Below, piece by piece: positions 50,705 through 64,000 of a stretch of DNA of 64,000 bases. The DNA comes from Podarcis gaigeae (taxonomy: Eukaryota): assembly GCA_964106915.2 (NCBI GenBank), contig OZ066917.1; one strand, 5' to 3'. Under the pieces are notes generated by a model. It searched no databases, was not told the DNA's origin, and saw only the letters and a program-made list of their open reading frames with translations. The translations under genes and the position numbers were made by a program. The stretch's first letter is position 1; each line of letters starts with the position of its first letter.

Positions 50705-52899
50705 GAGATGAGGTCCCAGGTCACTCTTATTTGGCTTAAAACCATAAGTGAGAACAAAAAAAAAAAATCCTGAGCATCATTATTTAAAAGTGCAACATCT
50801 TCCACGTTCAATAAAGATAGTCCATGTTCACCATATTTTAATACACGACTCATAAATGCAACATCTAACTTGACACCAAAATAATATGTCAAGTGGCACG
50901 CTTTAGATAAATGTAAATCAGTGTAAATTAGCTGCAGCTCTTCTGCTGGATTCCCCCCCCCCCAGCACACATTGACCAGGTTGCTGAGCCCTACCTCAAG
51001 CTAAGCAAAATCAAGTAGATAAAGAGGAAATAAATGTACAGTATGTTGAATTAGTTTTACATTCCAAATTTGGTTTATGGACCAAAAATTTACCAGGTAG
51101 TTTTGAGCTAGCTCACATTCATCACACTATTCTAACCAACTGGCTAAATTTCATTTCATCTGTAAGCTGAATGGAAGAGCCATAATAATGAGAACATACA
51201 TGCCATTTAAAAGCATTTCTTAACACACCACACTCAGACAACAGTATTCAAAGTGATATATAAATGAAGTTCTTAGCTTCATTTGTGCAAGTGCCCTCAG
51301 TCCCCCTCAGATAGAAAGTACTGAGGAACTACCCCTCCAGGAATCGCTGCAATGACTACAGACTGTGCACACTTGAATATATGAATTAAAAATAAAGCTG
51401 AATGGAAGCAAGTGATATTTGTGGATGATATGATGTGCCCACGCTGCTATACTCCAATGTGCTTTTCTTTTAACTACTTTTACACAAATGTTTTCTGCTT
51501 TGCCACCATTTTACAACACATTAAAATAACTCAAGTTTCAGTGCGAACCAAAATAGACATTTTTTTCCTCTCATCTTAACACAAGTTGATGGACTGCATA
51601 GTCAGCCTACTCTGTTGTTTATTTAAATGGAGCATTAGTTTAGTAAGAAAAAAGTAGCAAACAGGGAGGTAGAATAAACTGAATGCAAAGACTGCCAATC
51701 TGAAGTTAAGATAGCACACCAGAGTATTTAGCATTTCAGAAAAAAACCAAGTTCTCTTTGTATACTACCCCTACATCAACATTCAAGTGACCTAAAGACC
51801 AGACTCAAGAAAGGCTAGGAGGAAAAGGCCCTACTGAATTGTGTGGCCTCTCCTACCTTCAGCTATGAAACTACGTACTAAACTACGTACTAACTCTACA
51901 TATCACAGGTCAAAACTTAGGAGCAAGTCTGTCTCCCCATTTACAAAAAGGGTTTTGGAATGTAAGAGCAATTAGTCTATTACTTTAAGACCAATGCATA
52001 GTATGATCTAATCTGTATGTAGTTCTAACTACAGAACTAAAAAATGACTGAATGTGTAAATTTCCAGGGTGGAGATAACCTCAACAGATTTGCACCATCT
52101 ACCTACGCATGCAATTAAGCAAACAGGTACTGACCAATATCCACAGCACTTCAGTAGAAATTATCAAGCCCCTGATTTTTATTCTCCCCCCCCCCCCGCC
52201 CAAGATCTACAGCTCCCTTTAACTAGCAATGTGGAATAGTACTCCTTGCAGACTGGGCATCTAGTTCACAATCCCTCTGACCAGCATTGTTGGGAGGGGG
52301 AGCACTATGCTCTCTGGTCATGTACAGAAAGACCTCTTAAACAGCTCTGCACACCTTACTTTCTTAACAGCCTTGCGGAGGGTCGCCTACGGGCACCCCA
52401 TTTCCACACACTGGATGCACAAACCGTTTTCTTACCCCCTTGCACTTTTATTCTTCTGTACCGCCCCCTCAGGCCCATGACGACTGCTTGGCAGCCCAGA
52501 AGACACAAACACACACTCCGTCCCTCTCCCCCCAACCCCACCTCAAAGCCTAAAGCAGCTCCTCACCTCCAGAAGCATCTGCAAAATCCTCCCCCCTTTC
52601 AGCGGCGACCCACAATGGCAAATCCCCTTATTTAACTGGAACGGGGAGAGGAAAACGAGGGTGGGGGAGTGTGAAGCGTTCCTTACCCCCAAATTCCCAG
52701 GCTCACTCCGTTTCTTCCACCCTGTTTTCATAACCCAGGCTGCCTTCCTCCGTTACCCACAGAGACGCACGAGACCCCCCGCCCCGTCCCGAAAGGGCTG
52801 GCATCTCCTGCCCAGACACCCGCCTTGCCACAACACGCACACCATCCACACACACACCAAAGCGCATCCACATACTACTCCGTGTACACAGATAGCCCA

Positions 52900-54720
52900 C
52901 CCGCCCCCCTTTTCCCAGACTCAAGGTTTCTCTCCCCCCCCCCCCCCGGGCCGTTTGTTCTTCCCCTCATGCGATGGACACGCCTCTTCCCTCCGGCCTC
53001 CTCCACGGCTCTCCTTCCAACCCGCCCCCCCCCCGCCCGTCCGCCTCGGGCGACTACTCGGAGCCGCCCCCACCCCCGCCTCGCTTTGCCAATCGCCGAC
53101 CCCTCCCGCCTCTTTCCCTCCCGCCCGCGCCCCCACCTCACGCTCCCCGCGCCCGCCCGCGCCAGGTTTTTCGACCAGCCCCCAAACTCCGAAACTTTCC
53201 CCCGAACAGGCAGGCGGGAGGGCGGTTACCCGGTCCTCTCGCCGCGTCGCCCCCCCCCCCACCAGCACCACCTCAACACACGCGCGCGCACAGCCCGCCT
53301 CCCCACGGCCCGCAGTTTCCACGGGTGCCGCTGGCACCATGCGGAGGAGCCTCCTGCCCGCCTCCCTCCGCACGCTCACCGCTCTTGCCCACCAAGGGCG
53401 GAGGGGCCTGGCCCGGCCGGGGGGCACCTCTCAGCCCCGGGCAGGAGGCGGCGGCGGCGGCGCAGCGTCTCCCCCCGGCGACGGCGAACTCGCTCCTTTC
53501 CCGCAAACACACACAGGCTCCATTGTCCGCCAGCCAGCCAGCCTCCCCCCTCCTCCTTCTCCTCCTCCCCCTCTCCCACATGGTACCGCCCATCGCCCCT
53601 CGGCCTCCCTCCTACTCTTGCGCGCCCCCCCCCCCCGTCCGCTCCCCGCGAATGAAGCAGCCTATCGCGCGCGCACTTCCCCCAACCCCCCCGGCCCACC
53701 CAATCAATGGAACGTCCCCTCCTCACTCACGGGCAGACTTTGACTTCTCCAAGCCATCAGGGCCGCCTCGCCTCCCCAGCAACGGGAATGGTAGTGTCCC
53801 GATGGAGAGATGGGGGGGGGCTAGATCCCCCCCTTTCCTCTCTCTCGGAATGGTATCAACTGATTCCTTAAAGAGACAGGCCTTGAATGCATGGGTCCTT
53901 CCTCCCCTGTAAAGCAGCACCGCCCTCACCTCCCTCCATTCATCCTGGCACCGCCCCCGCAATTAGCATAGGCCAGCCCCATACCTCAAGGTAGTTTTCT
54001 TTCCGCCGCCTCTTCCCTCTTAAAGACGCAGCCACCCAATGGCACTTCTTAAAGCGACATGCTGCCCTTTAAAAAAAATATTCTTTTCCCCCCACCACAC
54101 ACACACACCCCGCAAAGCCATCTCCACCAGGAACTCCTCGGAGCCAGCCTGGAATCTCGGCACGTTTATTTCAAGGCATCAGAAGGCATAGAAGTGTCTC
54201 TGTGGCAATGCGAGGGGGAGGCACACGTCCCAAGCCTAAGCCACACCCAGGCAGGGCGCGCACACACACAAAAACACACACACGGACGCTCTGCACACTT
54301 CCCACACCTCAGGGCCCCTCGTCTCCCAGGTACGGCAGCCGCACCGCACGCTGCAAGAGCACACACAACACCTCGCCGCGCTGAGATGCGTAAGCCTGAA
54401 GCAGGCTCTTACCAAAATCAAGAGACAGAGCGAGTGAGGCAGGGAGTCGGGCTGCAGCGCAGCACAGGGCGAACACACGTTCTCCTCCCGCTTCCACTTG
54501 CCCCCCCCCCCCCAAAAAATAGCAGACACTGATTTAAAGAGCATGTCTGCACCATCCATCTCAATTGCAGGCGCACAAATTGGATTTTGCAGAATTAAAA
54601 GCCTAGCTCTCTGGCCGGGAGGTCGGGGTCGTTGTATTAATTCAGGAGATGCATTCCATCTCGGCGATCGGGCGCCCCCCCGAATCTGATCGGCTCCCAG
54701 ATTTATTCTCTCCTTCCAAC
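52900..54720 (-). promoter_or_regulatory. BCL9: CpG island / BCL9 promoter with putative first exon at about 53380-53590
   Basis: Very high GC and CpG. Minus-strand donor GCG|GTGAGC at 53380/53379. CCAAT boxes at about 53700 and 54036. A more distal first exon may exist beyond the window. Confidence 0.65.
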
Positions 54721-57700
54721 CTCACACGCCCGCTCCCCCGTCTTGTGTGCCCTATTACATAAACCCTGCGGGCTATCAACCAAACCAAACGCATCACACG
54801 CTTTAATGTTGCTAGGTATACTCCAGATCCATTAAAATCTATGGAATTGTGGTCACTGGTATCGATAGGTATGTGGATTGCACCCGTATGACACTTCGCT
54901 GGCAAAACAGACATAAAAAAGCCAAAAGGCGGCGGGGGAAACATGTTCATATTGATTTAATACAGCTCCTCTTGGCCTGTGGATTGTGGCTAGCTACAGA
55001 TATCCACAAACCACAGTGGTTATAATGAATTTGCAGGGATTAGCTTCCAGCATTTTTAATTTCCACACGTCTTTACAATTAAACGGCAATGAGATGAAAT
55101 GAAAATTTGTGCCTCCTTTTCTTGTCTCTAGGAGGCAGGAGACTTAACCCTCTCCACCATATACTCTTACTAAAGTTCAATTCTCAAGTTTAACCCCTAA
55201 CATATTTCCTCCTGTTTCCTTTCCTCACCCTCACATTCGAGTGGGAATTTTGCACCTTACATTTGCCCATCCCCTCTCAAACCCACCCCCACAACAAAGA
55301 GATGGAAAACAGAATTGGCACTAACTTTTGTGAATATAGCTTCCCATTTTGAGCATAATGGAATACAGGAGGCAAATCCACATTGTCTCCTTCGTTGTAT
55401 TTTGAACTGGAGGCACCAACCAATAGTAACAGAAACAGCCAGTTCTTCAGTTCCCTTTGTAGCCGAAATTCACTGGGGCTATCATGGGCACCACAGTGGA
55501 GGATGGGGAAAGATGTGTCTGTAAGTCATGTTTCTGAAGTACACAACAAGCACTGAATGTGAACATGGAAAGTGGTAATTTAGCTTCCTAAGAACTTTGG
55601 TTTCCACTTAAAACAAAAAACAAGTTACTAGCCCTTATGGTTGCATAAATGAATACACAGTGCCTGACACACGCAGCCAAGAAAACCGAAGTGTGTGGGA
55701 CATGGGTGAGAGGGAGAGGTAGCTCTGAACTGCTTTTAATGGCTATAGTGCATGAGGATATGTATTTAAGCATCGATTCTTTCACATACTTAAAAAAACA
55801 GCAAAAGTGTGTTCTCATTGTGAGCACTCTATCATGTACACACAGAAACCAAGCCCAAACATGCAGATCTGTTGTACCAATAAGATTTCGGGGGGCAGTT
55901 TCAACTTTCCACAGTACAATTTAAAGCCCTTTGAAAACTTCCCAAACCAGTTTGCCCATAGACCATGGTGTATGTGTTTACCACAGGCTATGCCAGCTCC
56001 ACAGTGCCACTTCCAAGCCTCTGAGAAGTTATCACCTGTACGCATTTTATATTTCATAAGGTCTCATAGAAGGTTTTTGGTTTTTTAAAGTAACTTGCAT
56101 GCTGAGCAGATAGAGCGCATCTACCCATGACCCACCCACTCACCCAAGAACCTGTGCCCATTGGTGGAGAAGGAAATAAATGCACAAATAGGCTAAGTAA
56201 ATGATCCTATCATAAACGGATAAAGAGAACAAAGTGATATGCATTAGGACCAAGACTAAAATATCTCATAACAAAATACACATCTTTATGGAAGGTTGAT
56301 ATGTGGTTTTCTAAATATGTTTCGTAAACATCTGAAAGGCCCTGCAAATATTATTGTGCAGGGCATAAATAGGAGGCTGTCTTTCAGAAAGCACAGGTTA
56401 AGAATCTGTTGCAATAATGATAATATTTAGTACTTGTGTTGCACTTTATAATGTTCCAAGCACTCCATGTACATTGTGATTCTTGTTACACTCCTCGAAA
56501 GTAGGTCAGCATTATTACACCCATATTGCAGATACAATTTCCATATCAGTTGCCTGTATCCACCCACTAAGTTTGCAGCTGGGGCAACCTCTTTGCACAG
56601 CTCACACTCAAAGACACTATTGGATAGCAGATCTCCTAAAATAATTTTATTATTATTAATTATTATTTTTATTTAGTTTGCTAGTTGCCTTACAAAGACA
56701 GCCTGGAGGCAACATACTAGAAATCTAAAACAAAAAAAGTTTTTTTAAAAACACACAGACACACATAAAGAATTAAGATTATAATATTTAAAAGCATATC
56801 AACTTCATTTATTTAAAATGGGATTAGATATTTTCATGGGAGGCAGGTCCTTGAACAAGCACTAGCCACAATTACTAAATGAAGCTTCCCAATTCAGAGA
56901 CAAAATTCCTTTGAATATCAGTTCTTGGAGGGTAGGCAAACATCAAGAGAACTTTTGCCTGAATGCCCAGAACTGTCTGGTTGACTACAGTTGGAAAAAG
57001 AATGCTGTACTAGAAAGACCCTTGCGTCTTTCCAGCAGGACTCCTGCATTCTTAAAACCAGCACAACAAGCAAGGTTTATATGCTACTTTTTAAAGAAGC
57101 ACTTTTAAAAAATGGTGTTCTCTATCCTCAGGCTAAAGAGGTGCATTCCCCCACCTAGTTCCCAATTCATTTTGCTGCATGTGTAGGGCTTTTTCAGTGC
57201 TGGCACCCCAACTCTGGAGTTCACATGATCTCAGAGAGGTTTGCCAGATTCAAGCACTGCACTTTTTAGTGCCAGATGAAGGCCTTTTCATCTGCCCAGG
57301 CATTTTAGAAGTTTATAATTGCTGTTTGATCTAACAGTTTTAAATCCTTTTTGCCTCTGGTTAATTTTGGTTTTATTGTTCTGCCCTTTACAGTTATTCG
57401 GTGGCTTTATGCTATTATTATATTTCCATCTGGTGGCAATGTAATCACTAATTTACCATTAGATATTCGGCCAAACTTATACAGTTATTACACCAGGAGG
57501 ACACACATGACCATAATGCCACAAACCAGTTCCTTGTTAGTTCACCACTGTCTTTTCGTTTTCAAAAGCGATTTCAGTGTGGTACTGTTCAATTAGCTGA
57601 TTTATTTTTATAAACAATAACAGTGAGAGGTTTTTGTTATTGCAGTTTTGGCACATGTTCAGGTTTCTGATGATGCAAAAGCTAACTTCACAAGAGTGTT

Positions 57701-58165
57701 CACTCTATGCAGAATAGTTTGCTGACATTGGCAACAAATTTGTTTTTGAAGTCTAAGTATTCACTGAAGCTACTATTTATCTCTGGGTTCATGGCAGCAT
57801 CTTTAAATGCCCAAGGACGTATCCTTCCAGTTCAACCCCAAATTGAAGCTGGATTGGACCTCCGATTCAGAAACTGTCAGGACTTTTGTGGCATTGTACA
57901 GAGGCCACATATTGTCCAGAAATGGACAAAATAACCCACCAAATAACTTGCTCTCATAGAAAAATGCTTCTACCTGTCATTGTAACCTGAGCTCTTCGTT
58001 AACAGAGCCCTCATATTATGCCAGGGCCAGAAACACACCTCTGCTACATGGCCAGGAGAAAAAGGGAACATACATACGAAAAAATATTAAACATGCATTA
58101 GACTGATACATGCATTAGAATGATAGACACTCCCACAGTGTCCCAGGAAACACCACCACAGCCGC

Positions 58166-58186
58166 CTTCTTCTTCTTCTTCTTCTT

Positions 58187-58243
<57 letters not shown>
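58166..58243. repeat. Compound microsatellite (CTT)n(ATT)n
   Basis: Directly visible. Other microsatellites: (ATT)n about 5080-5120, (CA)n 50670-50701, (CA)n(GA)n 58581-58634, (CA)n 63080-63123 and 63733-63758. Confidence 0.95.
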
Positions 58244-58246
<3 letters not shown>

Positions 58247-58583
58247 CCACCCATCTGCCTGGGTTTCCCCAGCCACTCTGGGCCACAACTGGGGACTGTA
58301 CTGCCACCAGTGCCCACATGACCCCCCCCCCATACAAAGAGCTAATGGCAATGTAGAAATCCCACTCCACCCTGGCACACACTCTTACATCACCACGAGA
58401 ACAAGCACAAAAAAGCCCACAGCTTGTAACTCTGTTGCAGGCAGTCCCAAGGCAACCTTACAGTCTGGGGTTCAAATCCCCTTATACCATTCACACACAC
58501 TGTTTGAGCTGCAAAGCACAGAGAAAGGGAAGGAAAAAACACACCCACATAATTCCCTGGGCAGAATGACTGCAGAGAAAACA

Positions 58584-58637
<54 letters not shown>

Positions 58638-61322
58638 CCAAGTAGCTAAGGGGAGGAACCAGGACAGGCAGCCAAAGACACACACGGAGAGCAGCAGCCT
58701 CCACTGGCTCACTGCACAGAACTGAACATAGGGTCATCTAGTCCAACTCCCTGCAATGCAGGAATCTTTTGCCCATCGTGGGGCTTGACCCTGAGATCAA
58801 CATTCCAGATGGAAGGCAGGAATATAGCCCCCTTCACCATTTATATGACAGCAAGGTGGGCAGACAGTCATCTCAGGAGTAAAAGAGAGGGAGCTGCAAA
58901 CTCTGCAAGGCAGCTCCCTAACCAGTTGGTTACAGCAGAGCTCAGTCACTGCATGAGGTCTTTGTCCGTCTCCTGCCTCCCCACCCCCACCCCTCACAAG
59001 CACAGGGGATGCAAGAGGAACTATCTGCACAGAGTGGCTCATGTTTTGCATGGTGAAGGACCATGCTTCAAATTAAGACACACGCACACCCCACCCTCAT
59101 GCTAGAAAATAGGAGGGATGTTGGGTCTCCATACAACCAGGAGCAGCACTGCATGAACCAATAGCCTTGTCCCTGAATACAGCAATTGCCTTTTGGCCCA
59201 CTCTTTCCCCTGATGTGGCCATCCCCCACCCAATGTTGCCTCATATGCCAACCCTGTCAGGTGGCATCCTAGAAGGCTTCAATGCCCTTCCTGATCTCTT
59301 CTGCATCATACACATCATTCGCTTTCCTAACCCAGGAACTGCAAAATACACCCCAGCACCAATCCCACTTGTGCAATCTGACAGACCCCAGGGAAATGGG
59401 GTGATGGGGGGGGGGGACACCCATATCCACCAGTCTCCCGGAGGCAGGAACAGTCTCCCAGAGGCAGGAGATTCTGAAAGGGAAGTCAAATGTGTGGAAT
59501 GCCAGGCAGGCACTCTAGTAAGGCTCTTGTGCCTTGGACAGTGGCAGGACAGGAAGCTATGGCACCAGCTCCACGGTAGAAACAACTCCACCTGTTGCAT
59601 AACTGTCTGTCTGCAATTTTCCAGGATACAGGAGCCTGCCTAGCACAAATATGTTAACAGCTCCATGAAAGAACAGTCAACAATATCTGGGTCATTGCTG
59701 CTGATCACCAGGATAGGCTTGTTGAGGTGTGGGGTGGACCTCTCTACCTTTGGGACAGTGGCCTGCAGAGAGCCCAGGAAGACAGAAAGAGGACAATGAG
59801 CAAGGATCAGCAGCTGGAGCATGTAGTCCTTGAATCTAGCTGCACAGCAGGTGTTTATGATGCCGAGAGAATGAGGGGTGCTATCTAAGCGCGGACCTGA
59901 GAAAAACAATACAGACATATAGCTCCCCCTTGCAGATTGTAGTGAAACTGTGTGCACAAGGGCGGTTTGTTCTGCTCCGTGCATCTGGGTTGTGATCCTG
60001 CAAGGCAAAATACCTCTTGAGCCTCTGCCCAGTGATGATAATGGTGTTTGCCAACAGAGAGCTTACCTGCATGTGGGAGTGAATCTTTCTCCTTTGTGGA
60101 GATTACTGCTCCCCACAGTTAAGGGAGAAGAGTGCTAGAGCAAAGACAGTTTGTGCAACACACAGTATTCACTCATGGCAAAGTGGCTGGGCGAGACAAG
60201 GGAAACAGCTGTAGCAGTTACACATGATGACAGATGTTCCCCTTTCCCTTGCTTACTTGTGTGATGTTCTGTTTTGGCACCCCCGGTTTTGGGAATGGAG
60301 TCTGTTTGTGTCTGGAGTCCTATGCTGTAAAGGTTCTATGCAGAGAAGTGCTATCAGTGAGCTCAAGTTCATTCGCGTAAATCTGCTTTGTGGAGACAGG
60401 CTGCTTTGCACAAGATACTCTGTGTGCAAAGTGCCCTTTTCCCCATAGTTAGCCATCACCAGAGATCTTTCTTGTGAGCCATTAGCAGGCAAGCAGCTGT
60501 GGCTATTTGCCCTCCCATCTGAGGGCTTGGATACACTTCCGCCTAGAAAGCACAGGTCCAAGCAGTTTTGCCTTTGCCCCACAACTTCCCCCTAGAAAAC
60601 TCACTCTTAGTGATAAAATTGGAACAAACTGTGGAAAACCCGATTGCCGTTTGCTCCAATTCAGTGCTAAACAACTGGTTTCCCCAAAGGAAAGCAGTGG
60701 GCTAAATGGAAGTCTGGATAAGCCCTCTGTTGTGGTCTCCTTCTGTGACAGTGGTGGCTAACCAGTGGGCTATAGTTGTGCCCACCCCCGTAAGTTTTTT
60801 GTGGCTTCCCAATAATGTATCTTAAAAAAAAATATTATATTAGTTTTGAAAACAAAACAAAAACAAACTATGAGTCCTTCACTATGATGCCAAAAGGTTT
60901 TGTTGTCGCCGCACAAAGAGTCTCCAATTTTTGTCCATTTTAATTTTTTAAAATACATTTTAATTATTACTTTTAAAAGAAATCTCCCAGCTTTCATAGG
61001 TGCCCTGATGTGATTCTCCAATTTGTCATAATTTTCATTAAAAAAAAAAAAAAGATTACACTGCACTCCCCTCTGCTGTGATTCCCTGATGCCAAAACAT
61101 ATTTTTCACCCCTAGTTCTACTTAGAAAAGAAATAGTCACACCCCTTTTAAAAACTTTGGCCATGTCCACTTTCGTACTTTCATCACTCCCACTCCGGCG
61201 TGTGAACCCCTTCAGAGGGTTGGCCATCAGTCAACTTAAACATATTTGTCTTGGGGCATGTGCAAAAGTAGTTATCAAATATGTATCGGAGAGAGGAAAC
61301 AATTACCCCATCCAATCACTGA

Positions 61323-62262
61323 AGGAACACAAGAAGAACCTGCTTGACCAGGCCAATGACCCATCAAGTCCAGCATCCTGTTCTCACTGTTGCCAACCAC
61401 ATTCCTATGGGAAGCCCATGCACAGAACCTGAGTGCAAGAGCACTCTCATCCCCTGCAGTTCAGAACTCAGCTGGTATTCAGAAGCATACTGCCTCCGAA
61501 AGCGGATGTAATAGCCCCCTGGGGTTAATAGCCAGTGGTAGCCTTATCCTCCATGGGCTGTCTAATACGCTTTTAAAACCGTCCAAGTTGGTGGCCGTCA
61601 TTGCCTCTTGTGGGAGCAAATTCCATACTTTAATTATACACTGTGTGGAAAAACTACTTTTTTGTCTGTCCTGAATATTGCAACATTTAGCTTCATTGGA
61701 TGTCCACGAGTTCTAGTGTTATGAGGGAGAGAGAGAAATTTATCTAACCACTTTCTCCATGCCATGCTTAACTTTATAAATTTCTATCATATCACCTCTT
61801 ATTTGCCTTTTCTCTAAACAAAAATGTACCCAAAAGCTGAAACCTTTCCTCATTGATCATTTTGATTGCACTTTTCTCAACCTTTCCCAACTTTACAATA
61901 TCCTTTTTCAGATGAGGTGACCAGAAGTGCACATGGTATTCCAAATGTGGTCCCACCATAGATTTGTATACTGGCATTATGATATCAGCAGGTTTATTTT
62001 CAATACCTTTCCTAATGATCCCTAGCATGTAATTTGCATTTTTCACAGCTGCTACACACAAGGTTGACATCTTCACTGAGTTACCTGCTACAGCCCCAAG
62101 GTCTTCTTCCTGGTCAGTTGCCACCAGTTTAGACCCTCATGAGTGTACAGTAAGACTTTTAACCTCAAAGTGCATCATTCTACACTTGTTTACACTGAAT
62201 TGCATTTGCCATTTTACTGCTCATTTACTCACTTTGGCTTTGTAAAGCCTTTCTGTTTATTG
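61323..62262 (-). mobile_element. CR1 LINE 3' portion (RT remnant)
   Basis: ORF 61792-62124 encodes AVKNANYMLGIIRKGIENK...PVYKSMVGPHLEYHVHFWSPHLKKDIVKLGKV, a CR1 ORF2 C-terminus. The 3' tail is at 61323-61340. Confidence 0.85.
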
Positions 62263-62355
62263 ACCACCTTTTTAAAGCAGGGGTGGGCAACCTGTGGTCC
62301 TCGAGTTGTTCTTCGTCTTCCACTCCCATCAGCCCCAGCCAAAATGGACAATGGT

Positions 62356-62959
62356 TGTCAAGGACTGGTTGGATGCAGAGCGGGAGGAACCAGCTGGGGA
62401 ACCAGCAAGGGAAGAAGGCTCAGAGCCTTCTTGTTGGCGGGACAATGATGAGTGGTCAGAGGGAGAAGACTGGGAAGAGGAGGTGTCAGAAGCTGAAGGG
62501 GTAACAGGGCTTAGTGAGCTGGGAGTTTGTTCTAGGGAGAAGTCAACATTCAGCAGCTGAAGCTGGCAAGTGAGAGGAGGAAGGGCAAGAGGCAGAGATG
62601 AGTCAGGCTGATGAAGAGTCAGGGGGTCTCCCTTTCCTGCTGGGCAAACTCCACTACCCCCTCCCCGTGTCTTTCATAACCAGGAGAGGCATGAAAAGGG
62701 CAGAGGAGAGATTGGCTGCATGCAGGCGTAGTCTCTGATTGCTTGGTAAAAGTCCTGGAGAGGAAGAGACAGACAGCTGTGGAGATGTAGGGACCTTTAG
62801 TCTTGGCAACTAATTTCATGGAGGAAGACCCACTGGGAATGAGCTGTTGTGTTCATTAGGCCTGACACTCAGCCAAGTCTGTGGAGATCTTGTTTTTGCT
62901 AATACAAAGTTAACTCCAACTTTGGACTGTGTGATTACTGACCAGCACGTTCTGTGACA
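62356..62959. mobile_element. Solo LTR (604 bp) inserted into a hAT MITE
   Basis: Inverted termini TGTCA...TGACA. Near-identical 5-bp flanks ATGGT (62351-55) and GTGGT (62960-64). MITE halves lie on either side. Confidence 0.7.
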
Positions 62960-63074
62960 GTGGTTAAGGACTGTGGAAATTGCAGGCCAGCACCAGCTGT
63001 AGAACTACAGTTTCCCTATCTCTGGATTTAGAGAATCATAAAGACTGGCTCCTGATTAAAAGAAGAAACCAGTT

Positions 63075-63125
<51 letters not shown>

Positions 63126-64000
63126 TGATGAATCTAGTGAATGAGAAAACAAGATTGTCAAGGAATGTAGGAGTGCATAATTCTGGTCTTCATGAAACTC
63201 CACTGCTTTCAGATGCTGGATGCTCTCTGGCCCACAGTTAGCAACCTGCTGAAAAATGTTTTGAGAAAGGGCATGTTCCAAGTGATGGCTCAGACATCAC
63301 CCTAGACTTCCCACATCATTAATAAGGGCAAATGAACTTTCAAAGACAAGTCAGAAACCTATTCTGGACAATAGAAACTATGAGAAATCCATCCCTGGAT
63401 GATGTCCCAGACTTAGTAATACTTGACAGATGGAACTCTGCTGATGATCCAATTGTTGATTCATTTCACAAACCAGAAGATAAAGGCAAAAAGCAGCACC
63501 AGGATTTTCAGAAGGATGACGCTGAAAATTGTGCATGTAATATCTATGATACTAACGGAAAGAACTTCCTTGCTCTTTTGAACAGCCCACAACCCAAGGC
63601 AAAGACAAAAATACAAGTGCATGATGGTGCCATCATTATTCATTATTTGCTGCCACATGTACATTTTGATAACTATGCACATTTCACATTATCCTCACAT
63701 TAACTGGTGCCTGTTTCCTTTGGCACGCACGTACACACACACACACACACACACACACAAATTCAGGTTTGGCACTTAGGCCACTGAACCAAGCATGAAA
63801 GAAACTGTTGCATGACAAGACTTTATTTATTCTTCATCATTTCTCCTTCTTCAATATGTTTTCCTTTTCTATTTTGGATGCTCCTCGGAGGAAAAAAAAG
63901 TCAGCACGCTTTCCTCATTTTCAAAGTTACGTTAGTACTCAGCCTTGTCAACTGTGGGAATCAGCTGCAGCAACTGCCTTGGGGAATGAATCCCCAAAGC

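Noticed and set aside
52661-53912. Long Pro/Arg/Gly-rich ORFs on both strands (276-360 aa)
   Set aside because: Low-complexity CpG-island artefacts with no recognisable domain. The same applies to ORFs at 2215-3224.
54640-54970. Non-repetitive block that looks like a conserved non-coding enhancer
   Set aside because: Conservation cannot be judged without alignments, and I found no decisive motif.
59100-60600. Possible degenerate DIRS/tyrosine-recombinase element (faint GxLRxxEL-like and SGNH-like fragments on the minus strand)
   Set aside because: Similarity is too weak to support by eye. It needs tBLASTx or an HMM search against Repbase/Dfam.

Overview
Vertebrate genomic DNA, almost certainly a squamate reptile and probably a lacertid lizard, judged from a Sauria SINE, CR1/L2 LINEs, hAT MITEs and Penelope-type ends. 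Two genes lie tail to tail. ACP6 (lysophosphatidic acid phosphatase type 6) is on +, with 10 coding exons at 2721-16415 (413 aa) and a CpG-island promoter at about 2230-3110. BCL9 (Wnt/beta-catenin co-activator) is on -, with 7 coding exons at 34314-19267 (1413 aa), a polyA signal at 18225-18230, candidate 5'UTR exons at 38696-38778 and 44431-44517, and a CpG-island promoter at about 52900-54700. I checked all exon phases by hand. The most interesting observations are: (1) inverted Penelope-like element ends with minimal hammerhead-ribozyme cores in a BCL9 intron, one copy intact; (2) a BCL9 5' leader with uORFs in all three frames, including an in-frame 63-codon N-terminal extension broken by a single TGA and spliced 88-aa and 104-aa uORFs; (3) an unexplained pyrimidine tract plus CAG|GTGAGA site next to a TCF/LEF motif inside a BCL9 coding intron; (4) an in-frame, stop-free 81-nt ACP6 intron. 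Cross-species comparisons are from memory and are unverified.
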